From Atractiella rhizophila (taxonomy: Eukaryota): DNA of 64,000 nt. Position numbers and translations under genes: made by a program. The DNA lies in the NCBI GenBank assembly GCA_021432655.1, contig MU271297.1, forward strand, positions 32,005 through 96,004, read 5' to 3'. The notes under the pieces are model-generated. The model made no database searches. It saw only the letters and a program-made list of their open reading frames with translations, and had not been told where the DNA came from. Positions within the stretch are counted from its first letter, which is position 1, and each line of letters opens with the position of its first letter. Positions 22,598-35,944 of this stretch are shown here, in pieces.

Positions 22598-25500
22598 ATG
22601 GTCAGTCGCCGCCTTATCCCTTCCTGCCCGCGTAATTACTCGCTCTAATCCTGCATCGTGATCAAGGTGTCGATCCCCATCTCCCCCCGTCTCATCCCCC
22701 GTCGCTTCTCCTCAAACCCATCCAACTCCAATTCCAACCAACCAGCATCTTCATCCTCCAAAGACCCCAATCTACCCCCTCCCTCCCCTCTCACCCCTTC
22801 GCGTCCCGCCTCCCCTTTCACCTTAGAACCACCAGACCGTCCCTGGGGTCACGCGCGCCGTCAATCTTCCGATTCGCGGTCTTCAAGCACCGCAGCTGGC
22901 GAAGGTCCCAATAAGCTGAGGAAGATGAGCAGAGAGGAGAAGAGACTTTCGTCGAGAGAACGGGAGAGGGAGAAGGAGAAGGAGGTCCCGCCGCCGCTGC
23001 CATCCACGCCGATGAGTCCGACTTCGCCTGCACCACCTGCTGGGAATGGAGCGGCCGTCGGTGGAGGAGCGGTAGGGAATGGGAATGGGAATGGGAATGG
23101 ACAGGCTATGATGAGGGAAAAACCTGGGTTTGATCCGGAGAGCAAGGATCCAGCGAAGGATTATCAGCTTTTGGAGAAGCTCGGCACTGGTGCGTTTTTC
23201 GTTCATTTTTTTCGGAGCAAGTTTTGTGAGAGAGCAGAGAGTTATTTGTTCCCTTATTCCCTGTTTAAAAAGTGGGAGAAGAGCTTGATTCCAACGAGCA
23301 GCTGCTGTTTGATGTATTTTTGTTACGAAGGACCATTCCTTCTGCCTCTCTTCTGCCCAACTTGTTCCTCGTTCAGTTGAAGGGAAGGGAAGGTAGGAGA
23401 TCGGCCCATTCAGTTTAGACCTTGAATCATTATCTGTGTGGAAGCTTGCAATGTGTTCTTCGCAGTATCCGCGCATCCAAGAAGGATTGTGTAGGCAGTG
23501 CAAAGATAGGGGCCGAATCTTTCTCTACGCATTACACACTCTACAAGCTTCTCCTGAATCGTGTCTCTCTTATCCCCATGGAGGAATGGATTCAATTCCT
23601 CCTTCGTTCTGAGCTGACAGGACCAAGTTGGGGTTCATAAGACCTCACCATTGCTGTGTGAACCGTCAGCTTGTCTTGTGTGTGCAGCGTAGGAGCAATT
23701 GCGTTCCCAGATGGGTGAAATCCCTCACGCTGTTGATTAGAGCGCCGTATTTGTTATTTCCAGGTTGTTTCGCTATGCGTAATGTTGCAGAGTGGGTCAT
23801 CTTGCTACATGGGACCATAACCTCGCCTCTACGTTGTCAACTGGACCATAACATATAATGGGAAACATTTTTCTGTGGCCTACTTGCTTTCTACCTTCTC
23901 GTGAACATGAAGGATTTGATACGCCTCACCCTCCGGGGCGAGCATTACTCTTTACTCAGCTGGAATGAAAGACTTAAGGCATCATCTTCACGGCAAACCC
24001 ATCCAGTGGAAGTGGCGGTACATTGCTGTCCTTCAGAGCGAGGGACACTCGGAGGCGTGACTTGTGACCTTGAAATGCACTATCCAGCCTGCCCGCAGTA
24101 CGAGGCGGAGAGGTGCAGTTAACAGAGCATGAAGGACCTTCCAGCTCAACCTGAGGCCATTAATTGACCTTTTTTTACTTTACTTCAACGCTGTTCTTTT
24201 CGCGTTCTCGATTTAGCTCCGCGCGACCGCGATATCTGCTGCAAGATGACAACACGCACTGGGCACTGAATCAGCCGTTCTACACGGCAGAGAGAAGATT
24301 AGAATGCTTCAAGCGGCCTCAGAAACCGTGTGACTGACAGCAGAATTCATTCGACTTTTCCGAGTCTAACCTGATGCTGACAATTGTAAATGTCAGGTTC
24401 TTTCGGAGTCGTCTACCGAGCACTGCACCTACCATCCTTAACAACTGTTGCCGTAAAGCAGATCCATCTAGAGGACTCAGACGATGACATCTCTGAAATT
24501 CAACAAGAGATTGCCCATCTCGCACAGTGCGATTCCGAATACGTTACGCGATATTATGGCAGTTTCGTAAAGGGATATAAACTGTGGATCATCATGGAGT
24601 ATCTCGCTGGTGGGAGCGGATTAGACTTGGTGCGCTTCTACCTTTCATTCCACATTCCCGTCTAACATTGTCGCAACAAGCTAAAACCTGGTCCTTTCTC
24701 CGAAGCACACATCTCCATCATATGTCGAGAGTTGCTCCTCGGATTGGAATACCTTCATAATGAAGGAAAGATTCATCGAGACATTAAGGCAGCAAATATC
24801 CTTCTTTCTGCTTCTGGAAAAGTGAAACTCGGTGAGTCTTTCTCTTCATACCCCCTCTTCGGTATTCATTCTGGGTTAGCCGATTTTGGCGTTGCTGCCC
24901 AACTTTCGTCCAACAAATCGAAACGCAACACCTTCGTCGGTACACCGTTCTGGATGGCACCTGAGGTCATTCGACAATCCGGGTATTCGACGCCAGCGGA
25001 TATCTGGAGCTTAGGGATCACTGCGATCGAGATGGCGAAGGGCGAACCGCCTTTAGCAGAGTATCATCCGATGCGTGTCCTCTTCCTCATCCCCAAAGCA
25101 AAGCCGCCGACTCTGGAAGGAGATAAGTGGAGCCAAGCTTTCAAAGACTTTGTCAGCCTATGTCTTGTCAAAGATCCCAAAGACGTCCGTCCTCTGCTTT
25201 TCCTCCACTGGCGCTGACCTTTCGTTTAGCGACCGACACCGAAAGAGCTCCTACAACATCGTTTTGTCCGTTATGCACGAAAGACATCCCATCTCGTCGA
25301 GCTCATTCAACGATATCAAGAATGGCGAGCGCGAGGCAAACCGGCGGGAGCACAAGCTGCTCCACCACAACAGGAGGATACGATAGTGGGGACGATGATG
25401 AGCGAATGGCAATTCGAGACTATACGACGCGTGGAAGAGGAGGTGGAGGATGAAGAAGCGATGTATCAGAGCGCAGGAGGCGGAGGCAACGTAGTCCCCT

Positions 25501-26605
25501 TCCCCTCCCCCGATCCCGAGTTAGCTGGGATCGGAATCGACAATCGTACCGCGGCCACTCCTTCTCCCGTCAGCGAACCGTCGTCCAACCCCGATGCACC
25601 ACTTCCTGGCCATGGGACTATCAAAGGCGTTCCTGCTCCAATAAAGTCGTTGCAGCTCCCACCGCCTGGTTCATCGAGGGCAAGAACGCTATCCGCAGAG
25701 GGTTCCGGAGGGGAGCGGAGCAGGAAGAACAGTCGTGCTGGAAGGAATGATATCAATGGCACCACCTTGAAGGAGGGGGATATTCAGGATGGGGGATATG
25801 GAACCCTGCGTCCCGTGAAGAGATTGGACGTCGAGAGCAATGAACGGATCGCAGAAGAGTTCATAGGGACAGGAAGAAAGACTCTGTCGGAAAGAGCGAG
25901 CTTTGAGTCTTCGATGAAGGAGAGCACGCTACTTGAGGAAGACGTGGAGGAGGGGGAGTATCTTTCAGATGAGGTCATGGGTGCTAAGGTGCTGGATGAA
26001 GTCTGGGATCCTGTCCTCGATGGATTCTTGAATGGACAGTTGGGGAAGAAGGGCGGGGAGGACCTCGGAGCTGCGCAGCTGGAGGCGTTGGGCATGATAC
26101 GGAGAGGAGTGGCAGATTTGAAGGACAAGCAACCGGAGCTGCTTTGGAACCTGATGGTCCAAGTAATGGGAAGCCTTGAAAAGTTAGTCCCCTTTCCCTT
26201 CTTCCTCGCTGACGCTTCCTTATTGCTTTCGACAACAGCAACCCGAGCATCCGCACACATCTCAGTCACTCCTCCAGTACAGCTCCATCCGCAATCTTTC
26301 CCGGTAAAGCCAAAGTGACGAACCTGATCCGGAAATCAACCATCATGACGGATCGCGGACCGGCCGTCCTCCTGCCCAAGGCTATCCCGCAAGATAGTCC
26401 GTTGGTTGAGCATCTGTACGACGAGCTATCGGACGAAGAAGATGGCGGCGGGATTGGAAAGGGCAAGAAGAAGCGGAAGAGCGCGAACGGGTCGACGAAT
26501 GGTGCTGCGGTCGCGGCTCCGGTAGTTGAGGAGAAGAGGGGACCGATTGCGGAAATGTTGTATTCGAGGTGGCTACAGGGCTTGAAGGCTAGTATGGGAC
26601 TGTAA
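22598..26605 (+). CDS. Ste20-family germinal-centre kinase (Sid1/MST-like Ser/Thr kinase)
   Basis: [44 protein letters not shown] and C-terminal [18 protein letters not shown]-only first coding exon; 1207-nt intron at 23190-24396. Confidence 0.9.
23075..23100 (+). repeat. (GGGAAT)n coding microsatellite (Gly-Asn run)
   Basis: About four tandem GGGAAT units in the kinase N-terminus. Confidence 0.8.
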
Positions 26606-27354
26606 ATCGTTTTCTTTTGGTCATGTTCCATGATTACATGATTTTGGTTGGTTGTATTGTGTTCGTATGTTCCTTTCACATCCTTTCGTCTTTCTCTCCT
26701 TCATCATTCCCATTCAGTTGCTTCTTAGTCTCAAGTCCGATACCAGGACCTTTCCTTCGCTTTGCAGGGAGGTCGCCACTACCTTCAATCAGTTAGCTTG
26801 CTTCCCATTGCTTCAGCCTTTGCCTTCCCATTTATTTTATTTCTGTATCATTACTCACAAAACTGCCTAATCATGGAACATCTTAGTTGCCTATAAAGTC
26901 ATCCACTCGCTCAGCTTTTCGCTCGCATATCAGGACTTGCAGAAGAAAAGATGGTACGACGAATGGAGCTTGACGCATGTGTCGCATTTTCACCTGGACC
27001 GTTTGAGATTCCTGGCTAAGTCCTGATTTTTCACCTTAACTTGAACGCTGCAAGCTTTACATAAACAAACGAGGTAACTTACGAGGTTATGCGCTCGAAC
27101 TTAAGCACTAGTAGTAGTGGCGATCCAACCGAGCTCATGCTGAGAATTGATTCAAGCTTTGCTCGGACATGGCCAACGTACCGAATGTTTGAAGCGAAGC
27201 GAAGGATCGACACTGGAGAGAAGGGCAGAACACAGGCTATGGCGGCTAGCGGCAAACATGAGGATCTTAGGGAAGGCAAGCCCATAAAAGGGTGTTTACC
27301 ATTCCCAAGTTCAGCTCCAGGTTTCGAGTTGGTATTCCAATTATCACAGGAAAC

Positions 27355-29375
27355 ATGAAAACTTCACATTCCTTCATCACGCTCACTTCCCTCTGTCTCC
27401 TTCCCTCCCTCGCCTCCGCCGCCACAAGCGACTTCCAACGCGTCTCGAGAGCGCTTATCCCCCCCAAACAGGATACCTGCCAATACTTCCAAGACAACAA
27501 GCAGGTCGAGGTCGACTCTGCCCTCTCCCTCGAATACGAGTCCGAACTGGAAAACCATTGGTCACAAGGATGTTCTTCCCTCCGCCCAGCTTGCATGCTC
27601 TCCCCGAAGAACGCAACCGAGCTCAGCTTGGTGATTCAGCAGTTGGGCAAGACAGAGGAACAGTTCGCATTCAAGAGCGGAGGCCATAGCCCTAACCAGT
27701 ACTTCGCGAGCACGGACGGAGGAGTGCGTTTTTCGAACCTGCTCGCTCTTCGAGATGTCAGCTTATGCGATTGCGTGGTGTTAGATTCTCGTCAGTCTTC
27801 GAAACATGGACGAAGTGACGTACGACCCTTCGACTGGAACCGCACGCGTTGGACCGGGTAACAGATGGGAGGAAGTGCACAAGAAGATCCTCGACACTGG
27901 ATACGGACGAACCGTCGTCGGTGGGAGGATTGGACATGTTGGCGTTGGAGGACTCGCCCTCGGCGGTGGTCTTTCCTTCATGTCTTCAGAGCATGGATGG
28001 GTGGCGAACAACGTTGTGGACTATGAAGTCGTCCTCGGGAACGGGACCATCGTACATGCTAATCAGGACCAGAATCAGGATCTCTTTAAAGCGCTCAAAG
28101 GTGGTGGAAGCAACTTTGGTATTGTCTCCACTTACACCCTGCAGACTTATGAGCAAGGAAACGTATGCCCTCTCTGGAGGCATATTGTGCACGATGAGTC
28201 TGATGGATGGAAGCATAGGTTTGGGGTGGCAACCTTGCGTTTTCGGCAGAACAAACCCCAGCCCTCCTTGCAGCCGTCAGGGATTTCACAGATAACTATC
28301 CCGACGACAAAGCAGGTTTGTTGTCTCCTCGTCCTTGCTTGAATTCGTGTTGAGAGTGATATCAGCTATCATCCTGACGGTTGAACGCGGCGCACTGCTG
28401 GACACTTGGATTATGTTCTTGTACTACAACGGTCCCGTGAGCCTTTCCATTGCTGACATGACGATAGACCAAATGCTGATGTGGTATGCAGGAGCCGCCA
28501 ACAAGCGTCTTCGCTGCCTTCTTCAACATCGATCACATTTCGGATACAACCAAAACGCAGACCTACTACGAACTAGTCCGCATCCTATCTTTCTGAATGT
28601 TTGAGCTTAACTAACTGTAATTGCATTGACAGCTCAAAGGGAATGATCTTTTCGTACTGCATGGGTTCCGGTACACATTCCCCTTTCGCTCACCTCCAAA
28701 TTTCGATCTAAGTTAGTAACGCAGCTATAACATCGGAACGGAGACCATCCCTCTCCCCAACGCCACCTACGGTACCTACTTCATGCAGCAGGTTCACGAC
28801 ATCTGGAAGAACACGACCGAATCCATGTTCAACATCCCCAACCTGCTGGGATCCATGGCATTCCAGCGTCCGTCTCTCCTTCCAAGTCTCTTATCTAAAT
28901 TATTGAGCTGACAAGTGCGCAACAGCGATGCCGCCGGCGATCGTGAACAAGGCGTTGGATAAGGGAGGAGACATGATCTCTTTCGAACGAGACTCGAAAC
29001 AGATCGTCATCGAACTCGACTTCTCATACTCTGGAGAAAAGTTCGACGATCAGGCCAATGCAGGTCTGACCACCATCACCAAATCCATCCGAGAGCTGGT
29101 GACAACGGAACAGGCGGCTGGAAACATCCCTAACTCCTTCACTCCCGTGAGTTCTGCCTCAAACGTTTACACATTGGTTCGACGGCGCTAATATTTGTCA
29201 TGTGCAGCTCTTCATGAATGACGCTCTTTTCTCCCAAGACTATTGGGGAAGGAACAAGAACCTAGACTTCGCGAGGGACGTCAAGGCGGTCTATGATCCT
29301 GACAACTTTTTCTCCCCTGCTCGAACGGGTGGTTTCTTCTTCACTCCTCACTATAACCGTGAAGAGGAGGAGTAA
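27355..29375 (+). CDS. Secreted FAD-binding oxidase (BBE-like/VAO family)
   Basis: Signal peptide MKTSHSFITLTSLCLLPSLASA; FKSGGH flavinylation motif; VGVGGLALGGG; DLFKALKGGGSNFGIV; C-terminal VKAVYDPDNFF...GGF. Confidence 0.9.
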
Positions 29376-29597
29376 ATATTTCTTTCATTCTAGTAGCGAC
29401 TTTCTTTAGCAGTTTACTCGAGTCTTTCCGTTCATTGCGCTTCCCACTATGTATAGGTATGGAAGCAAGAATGTTAATAAATCACGTCGAATTGGTAGCA
29501 ATCATGTAATGGCAAACAGATCGCTTTAATAATCCCTCGCCTTTTGAACCTGGAAGTGCAGTCTCAGTTTCATCGGACGACTCAAATTTTACCTTGA

Positions 29598-29652
29598 CAT
29601 AACAAAAAACTCGAACTCATCCACCTCATAACAAAATGCTCGAACTCATCTA
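29598..29652. repeat. Two-copy tandem repeat, 29-bp period
   Basis: CATAACAAAAAACTCGAACTCATCCA and CATAACAAAATGCTCGAACTCATCTA. Confidence 0.7.
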
Positions 29653-30388
29653 TGTCTACAGAAGGGATTGTAGGATGTTAGTGTCAATACGTTCAATTTA
29701 GAAGCTCGCTATGCGTGCTGGGCAAGAAAGACTGCCAGATGTTGCACTTCGTGGGTCGATGAAGACCAGTATCGCCCTGGCGTCCAAGAAGTACCCCGTC
29801 TCTCATCTGCGAGAGAAGTAAATCTTCTGCCTCATGTACCGTTCAGCGTGATCGTCTCGAGCAAATTTTTATGATGTATTCAAGTCGCCGTGCTGAGTGA
29901 CATTGAGTCCACATGTCCAGTCACAAAAATACCTCCACGCAATTTCTTTGAATATCACTGGAAGTTGTCGCTACCATTCTCCAATTAGCAATTAACAAAG
30001 TAGGGATACCCGGATGGATGGTGAAAAGTACGTTTCTCTACAAGCGGGTGAAGATCATCGGAAACTTCCTACTCCCCATCAAGCGCTCTAGTCATCCACA
30101 CCAGACAATCACAGAATACCTTAACTCCATGCTGCTGATGCTGAACGCAGCATGGATATTTCATAGCCGTGGTTCTGTATTCCTGCAATACTGCCTTACT
30201 GGCAACTCAAGCAATGTCGACAAAGATGAAGGAGGATTTTCACGCCTTATTCTCCTTCGTTCTGTCGTCAACTTCAGCTTCCTGATCTCGATGCGAAAAA
30301 TATAAAGGTATCCCGAGTCCAACTGCTCTCCTCTTCAACAGCGACTCTTCAGCCTTAGCAATCAGCGAATCAGCAGCTAAAATCCAAT

Positions 30389-30828
30389 ATGCAGCTCAGC
30401 ACTCTCTTCTCCGCCATTTTCCTTCTCTACCCAGCCCTCTGACAGGCTAAATTCGAAGTGGTATTCTGGTCCAATCTATGCTCTGCTGGGACCGGGACCG
30501 GAAGTTAGTTGGGAACCGCCAACTTGGAAACTGGTGGGCAATCTCCTCCCAGCATTAACTGCGGTATTTTAATCACAGTTTGCGAAGTCGGATGCAACCC
30601 CGTCCCGGCTGGCTCTCACCAAGGCCAGCCATTCACCGATAACGTTCAGAAATGTGTGGTGGTCTACCCTAATGGAAATTGCGGCTCTGGCGCTGTCACA
30701 GTCCAAGTCAGGTCGGGACAGTGCTTCAATTTGGATGCTCCGACTTTCGGCAGCTCTTCTATAAGGGTGAGCTTGTCCACACATGGTCCTCTGTAGAGTG
30801 AACTCATTCGGATCTGTAGCAATGCTAA
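30389..30828 (+). pseudogene. Small secreted cysteine-rich protein with in-frame TGA at codon 18
   Basis: MQLSTLFSAIFLLYPAL*QAKFEVVFWSNLCSAGTGTG|ICEVGCNPV...QKCVVVYPNGNC...GQCFNL...SIR|QC*; two canonical introns; upstream TATAAA at ~30301. Confidence 0.7.
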
Positions 30829-31521
30829 ACGCCTCACCTTAACAGATATGTTTGAGTTCTGCGATGGAGGACAGATCGTTTAACGAGTCTATTATTTTTA
30901 CTCCTGATCTACGCAATTCATCTTGTCTTTTTCTATCCATGCTTGCCCATGATAGCAATGAGATAAGGAAATTCTCAGATAGATTGTTTTAATAGCGTTA
31001 AGGCCAAGATTGACTTCTATCCCACACAAGATTGGTAGACAACTGACAACGGAAGCAACCAACTTAGACGGTACCAATCCTAAAACTCCAATGGAAACTT
31101 CGCAGCGTGAGAGCGATCATGGAACAGGTATTAAAATGCAATCGAGCGACTGACATTGACGCACAGATTCTCTTCTCTCTCTTTAGAAGACTCTATGACA
31201 GTCAACAGTTTCCAGATAAGTGATAACACGGAGAGATGACTTAGCTGAGGCCAATGACCACTGTCCTCTTTCAACTTTCAAATACAATCATTAACCCCAT
31301 GCTGCCTAGTGACTAGTTCCCTTTCAACAGGTATTCATTTTAGCTCCAATCTTGATCAAAGCAATGCCGATAACGTCCAAGAAAGGAAAATGAGGTACAA
31401 GGATGAACAAGGAAATCGCTCGCGAGATCTCCAGAAATCAACTTACGTCTTCAGGTGTTATTCCGTCCATGGGATCAGGCATTCCACTCTGAACTTTCAA
31501 GTTGCTCTGCCCTTCTTACAG

Positions 31522-33018
31522 ATGTCTAACGTTCCTACTGAGCTGAACCTCAGCTCTAAACTAGAGGTTCGTACACTTCAACTGAATTATTTCAATGAAT
31601 ATTTCATTTTCTTTATTTTATACGCAAAGTAATAAGGGATTTCCTACTTGTTACCCTGGTATTTCATGACATCCATCCTTGTCAACCAATCTCAACCCAC
31701 TGCGCCGCCAAATAGTTGAATGACGGGCACTCCATCCCTCGCATGGGTCTCGGAGTATATGAACTCTACTCTTCAGAATGCTATAACGCAGTTCTTTGCG
31801 CTTTGAAGGTGCGTTGTGTCATGTTGTAGCTTTCCTATTACACTCTCGCTGACAAGTTTTGTCTGATCAGGCGGGATATCGACTTATTGACAGCGCGGAA
31901 TGGTACGATAACGAAGCCGAATGTGGGAAAGCGATCAAAAAATATATGAAAGATAGCGGGGTGGCAAGAGAGGATATTTATTACACGTTCGTCCCTGCCT
32001 ATTGCTCCCGTGCTCCTTTATCCCCGATTTTGTTCGATCCTTTCCCCTTGTTTCCTGGTTCTTAAGTGATTCTGACGATAAAATGGAAGCAGTACTAAGC
32101 TCCGTTCGAATTCGACATACGCTCACGCGACAAAGGAAATCCAGCGTTCCCTTCGCACCTGCGGACTAGGTTACATTGATCTTTATCTCATACATTCCCC
32201 TCTCGGCGGAGATACTGTGCGTCGCGAAACCTGGAAGGCTTTGGAGGATGCAAAGTCTCGAGGTGAGGTTCGAAGTATCGGGGTTTCTGTGGGCTTCTTC
32301 CCTACTTCCTGTTCACGAGCCCTGTTGCTGATAATTTCGGACGCTGGATGTGAATTCACGTAGAACTTCGGCGAACGACATTTGAGGGAGTTGATCGAGG
32401 GAGGGATTAAAGAGAGAATAGCTGTGAATCAAGTAGATCTACATCCTTGTACACGTTTCTTCCCTCATTTTCATCATTCTTGACGGTGGACTCACCCTAG
32501 TATGTTGGTGTAAAGTTATGACGCGCAACTCTCTCGTCTCATACTGCCGTTCGCAAGGTATCGCACTACAGGTGCGTCCTTCATTTGCCTACTTCTTATA
32601 ATCCGCTGAACACGACTGATTCTGGAGCTGCATGAATAGGCATGGGCTCCGTTGGTAAGGGGGCTGAAAATGCGCCATCCACTCCTCCTCTCCCTCTCCC
32701 AAAAGCATGGGAAAACACCGGCCCAGATCCTCGTTCGGTATTCACTACAAAAGGTCCATCTCGTCCCATTCTCTCGCAAGATTGCTAACGATGCGACGGA
32801 TTGGGCTGTATTGTCAGGGATTCATCTCGATCCCAAAATCTGCGAGAGAGAACCGAATCAAGGAAAATGCGGAGGTTTTTGATTTTCAGCTCGCTGAGGA
32901 GGAGGTGGAGGATTTAGATGGGTGCGATGAGTATTTAGTTACTGATTGGTTCGTCGTCCCTTTTATCTGTGATTTCAGACTGAGATGAAGATACAGGGAC
33001 CCGACTGATTGTCCTTAG
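31522..33018 (+). CDS. Aldo-keto reductase
   Basis: LNDGHSIPRMGLGVY, GYRLIDSAEWYDNE, YIDLYLIHSP, SIGVSNF, NQVDLHP, IPKS; 8 introns. Confidence 0.92.
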
Positions 33019-33561
33019 CACTTGTCCCCTAATTGTGAGGGCTGAAACCTGGAGTCGAAGAGGCAGCTGACGCTATTCCATGACAGTGTACTATCGCGAG
33101 CATTGGAACATAGCTGTGCAACATGTCAATAATCCTCCTGTTGTGCTGGTGAAATGCGCACTGAAAAACTCTAGCCACCAATGGATCGCAGGTTTCAAAT
33201 GTGCATCCCGAGGACACGGAATTCCCTAAATTGTATCACTAAACCGCGCATCACAGATAGCTTTCATTCCAGTAATATCCCGCTTTCTTCGAGCCGAGTC
33301 AAACATCGCATGGGAATGCCATTTATGGCTTCTATAGGATTTGATTCCCGCCATCCTTCCCGCTTCCCACGCTCGAGATGTGACCCCTTTTCCGGCAGCA
33401 ACATCTTGAGCGCCAACGACGACGACCTCATCCACTTTCCCTTCCCTCTCATTTCAGACATTGCTGAAAGTGTTCAAGACAGGACTGGTTCCTTCGTCAC
33501 ACGCTCATCCTCGGCGGTCGATCATCTTCTGCAGGTTCAGCCCTCCACGCCGTCCTCTAAC

Positions 33562-35521
33562 ATGCGCTCCATGTTCCTCCTCCTCCCCCTCTCCTTCGCA
33601 CTTCCCTACGATTCTACACGGCACCCCTCCTCCCCGAGCGCAAAGAAACTGCTCCTTTCCACTTCTCCACGCATTCAGGTAGACAAGCGAAATCATCGCG
33701 ATAATGCCGCAGTCGTATCGAATGGATACGGATATATGACCGGCGCTTCTGCTGGATATGGAGCAGGAGAACAAGCCACTTATGCTGAAGGATTGGACAA
33801 TGGAATTCCTGCCAACGGAGGAGCAGCTGGAGCAGAGGGAGTTGTTTCTGGTGGCGGATATGGCTCTGGTGGCGGAGAAATCGCTCAGTCGACCTATGGG
33901 GCTGGTTCTGGAGGAGGGTACCAAGCTTATTCTGGCGGAGGTGGTAGTGGCGTAGGGTATTCAACTGGTCATGGGGGACAGTATCAACCTGGCGGAGGAA
34001 ATCAATTGGCTGGTCAAGAGTATGGCGACCCGGCAAGTATGCCTCAGGCTGGAGGCGGACATATCTCATCCTCGAGCTCAGTCAGCAGCGATGACGACCA
34101 GGGGGGAAGTGGTGTTGGCAATGACACAGAAGGAGCGGGGGGATATGGTGGCAATGTCTCTGGTCAAGGATCGGCCACTCCGAAAGAATTTCCTTCCGCT
34201 GCTGGAGAACCAAAACATGGATCTGAACCGACTCCAGCTTCGTACGCCGCCGGATCAACTGGAGATGGCGCTGATCCCCCTGCTCCCGCAAATGGTCAAC
34301 CGTCGGCAAGGCCTCCGAGTGGTGCTACCTCTGGCAACACCTCCACTTCGGTTCCCGCAGGCACGGCACTCAACACCTCTGCGGCTTCAGGAGGTTCGGA
34401 CTGCTCTCTCCTCGCTCAGATATTCAACGATATGGGTGGTCCCTCATGGATAAATCAACAGGGATGGTCTTCTCTCGCTCAGGATCCTTCCACTTGTTGT
34501 GGCGCCTTCGGTGTTTCTTGCGATGGAAATGGGAAGGTCACGTCCCTCGAGCTCCCTGGTAACGGCTTGAGTGGGAAGGTTTCCGATGCGATCTTTGCTT
34601 TGGTAAACCTTCAAAAGTTGTGGGTTTTTTCTCTGTTGCACTATCAACTGAATTTAAGGTGTTCCAGAAACCTTGCCGATAATACTATTGCTGGATACCT
34701 GCCGGACAAGTTTTCATCATTCACAAATTTGAATGGCATGTGAGTGGCTGCATCCGGGCCTTTTTCCTCCTTGACGGGCGCGAGCAGATTCATAGACAAC
34801 AATTTACTGTCTGGTGTTCTTCCTGTCTCACTCTGGAACGCTACTTCTCTCTCTGTTGTGCACATCTCCAACAATTCCTTTACAGGCTGGTTGGGTTTTC
34901 CATCAGCTCGTAACCTCGTCGCTCTTTACGCATCGCACAACTTCTTCAACGGATCCATCGACTTCTCCCCCAACCCAAACCTCACAAAGGTAGATATCGA
35001 TGACTGTCACTTTTCTGGACAGTTTCCACCGATTCAAGGCTTGACTCAGATCCAAACCTTCAGCGCGGCAGGAAACGCCTTCACTGGAGAAGTTGGTGGT
35101 CTGGCTAACTTGACTCATTTGACGAACTTGTCTGTTTGCTCTTTACTCGACTCGGCGCAATCTAACAACATTGTGTAGCGATATATCCAAGAATCAGCTT
35201 TCCGGCCCACTTCCCGATCCCAGCGCTCTTTTGAACCTGCAATCCTTCGCCGTATCCTCCAACTCCTTCTCTTCATTCCCTACAAGCACTGCTCCCCGCA
35301 CTCTTCAAACGTGTACCGTTGACTCCATGCTGTCACTTCTGTGCCCTCCTCAAAGCGTCCTTCAGGACCCAAATTCCCTAGCAAATCGGTGTAAACTCAA
35401 TTGTGCTGGTGGTGGAGCAGTTGGGGCTCAAGCTCCCTTGAGTGCCCCAGGTACTATTCACCTCAAACGGAGGGGTCTGACGGCGAGGATGCAGAGAAGA
35501 GGGATCTTGGAATCCCAATAG
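33562..35521 (+). CDS. Secreted Gly/Ser-rich protein with plant-type leucine-rich repeats
   Basis: Hydrophobic N-terminus, KR site and Gly-rich spacer, then W...CC.AFGVSCDGNGKVTSLELPGNGLSGKV and LxxLxLxxNxLxGxLP repeats. Confidence 0.85.
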
Positions 35522-35944
35522 TGACAGGGGCATGCGTACGGTTTATTGCCTTCCTCTAAGTTTTATTCCGTAGGCTGGTGGATTAGTTGCAGGAGCATGC
35601 AGGATTTTGCTAAGGTTTCACAATGCCGTACGAATAGAATGCTGAATTCTTAGTATGTTGTCACTTCGTTTGTTCGTTCGTGCGCTTTCATTTAAACGAC
35701 TACTTTCGGCGCATGAAAGGCCCCGTCAAGTAGACCATAACAGGCTATGAGTTCAACAGCGAGCAGACAGAAGCATGCACGCCTAGAGCTATCCCCAATA
35801 TTTTCCTGTGCGCTAGCTTAAAATTTCAAAAGGAGAACACATGCAAAGGGTTGATGACAAATGCATCATCGATATTGTCTTCTGCAGGCCGTACGCGAAT
35901 ATTTTGAATGGCTAAAGCACTGAGAAATATGGTCACATTCTCTC

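Noticed and set aside
22598..26605. Possible mating-type locus, since STE20 is MAT-linked in some basidiomycetes
   Set aside because: The kinase is GCK-type with no CRIB domain, and I saw no pheromone receptor, CAAX pheromone or homeodomain gene.
29598..29652. CRISPR-like repeat
   Set aside because: Only two adjacent units, no spacers, eukaryotic context.
30440..30442. TGA reassignment or selenocysteine as the cause of the in-frame stop
   Set aside because: TGA terminates several conserved genes here (e.g. 4004, 19877, 20160), and the site is in a signal peptide, not a redox motif.
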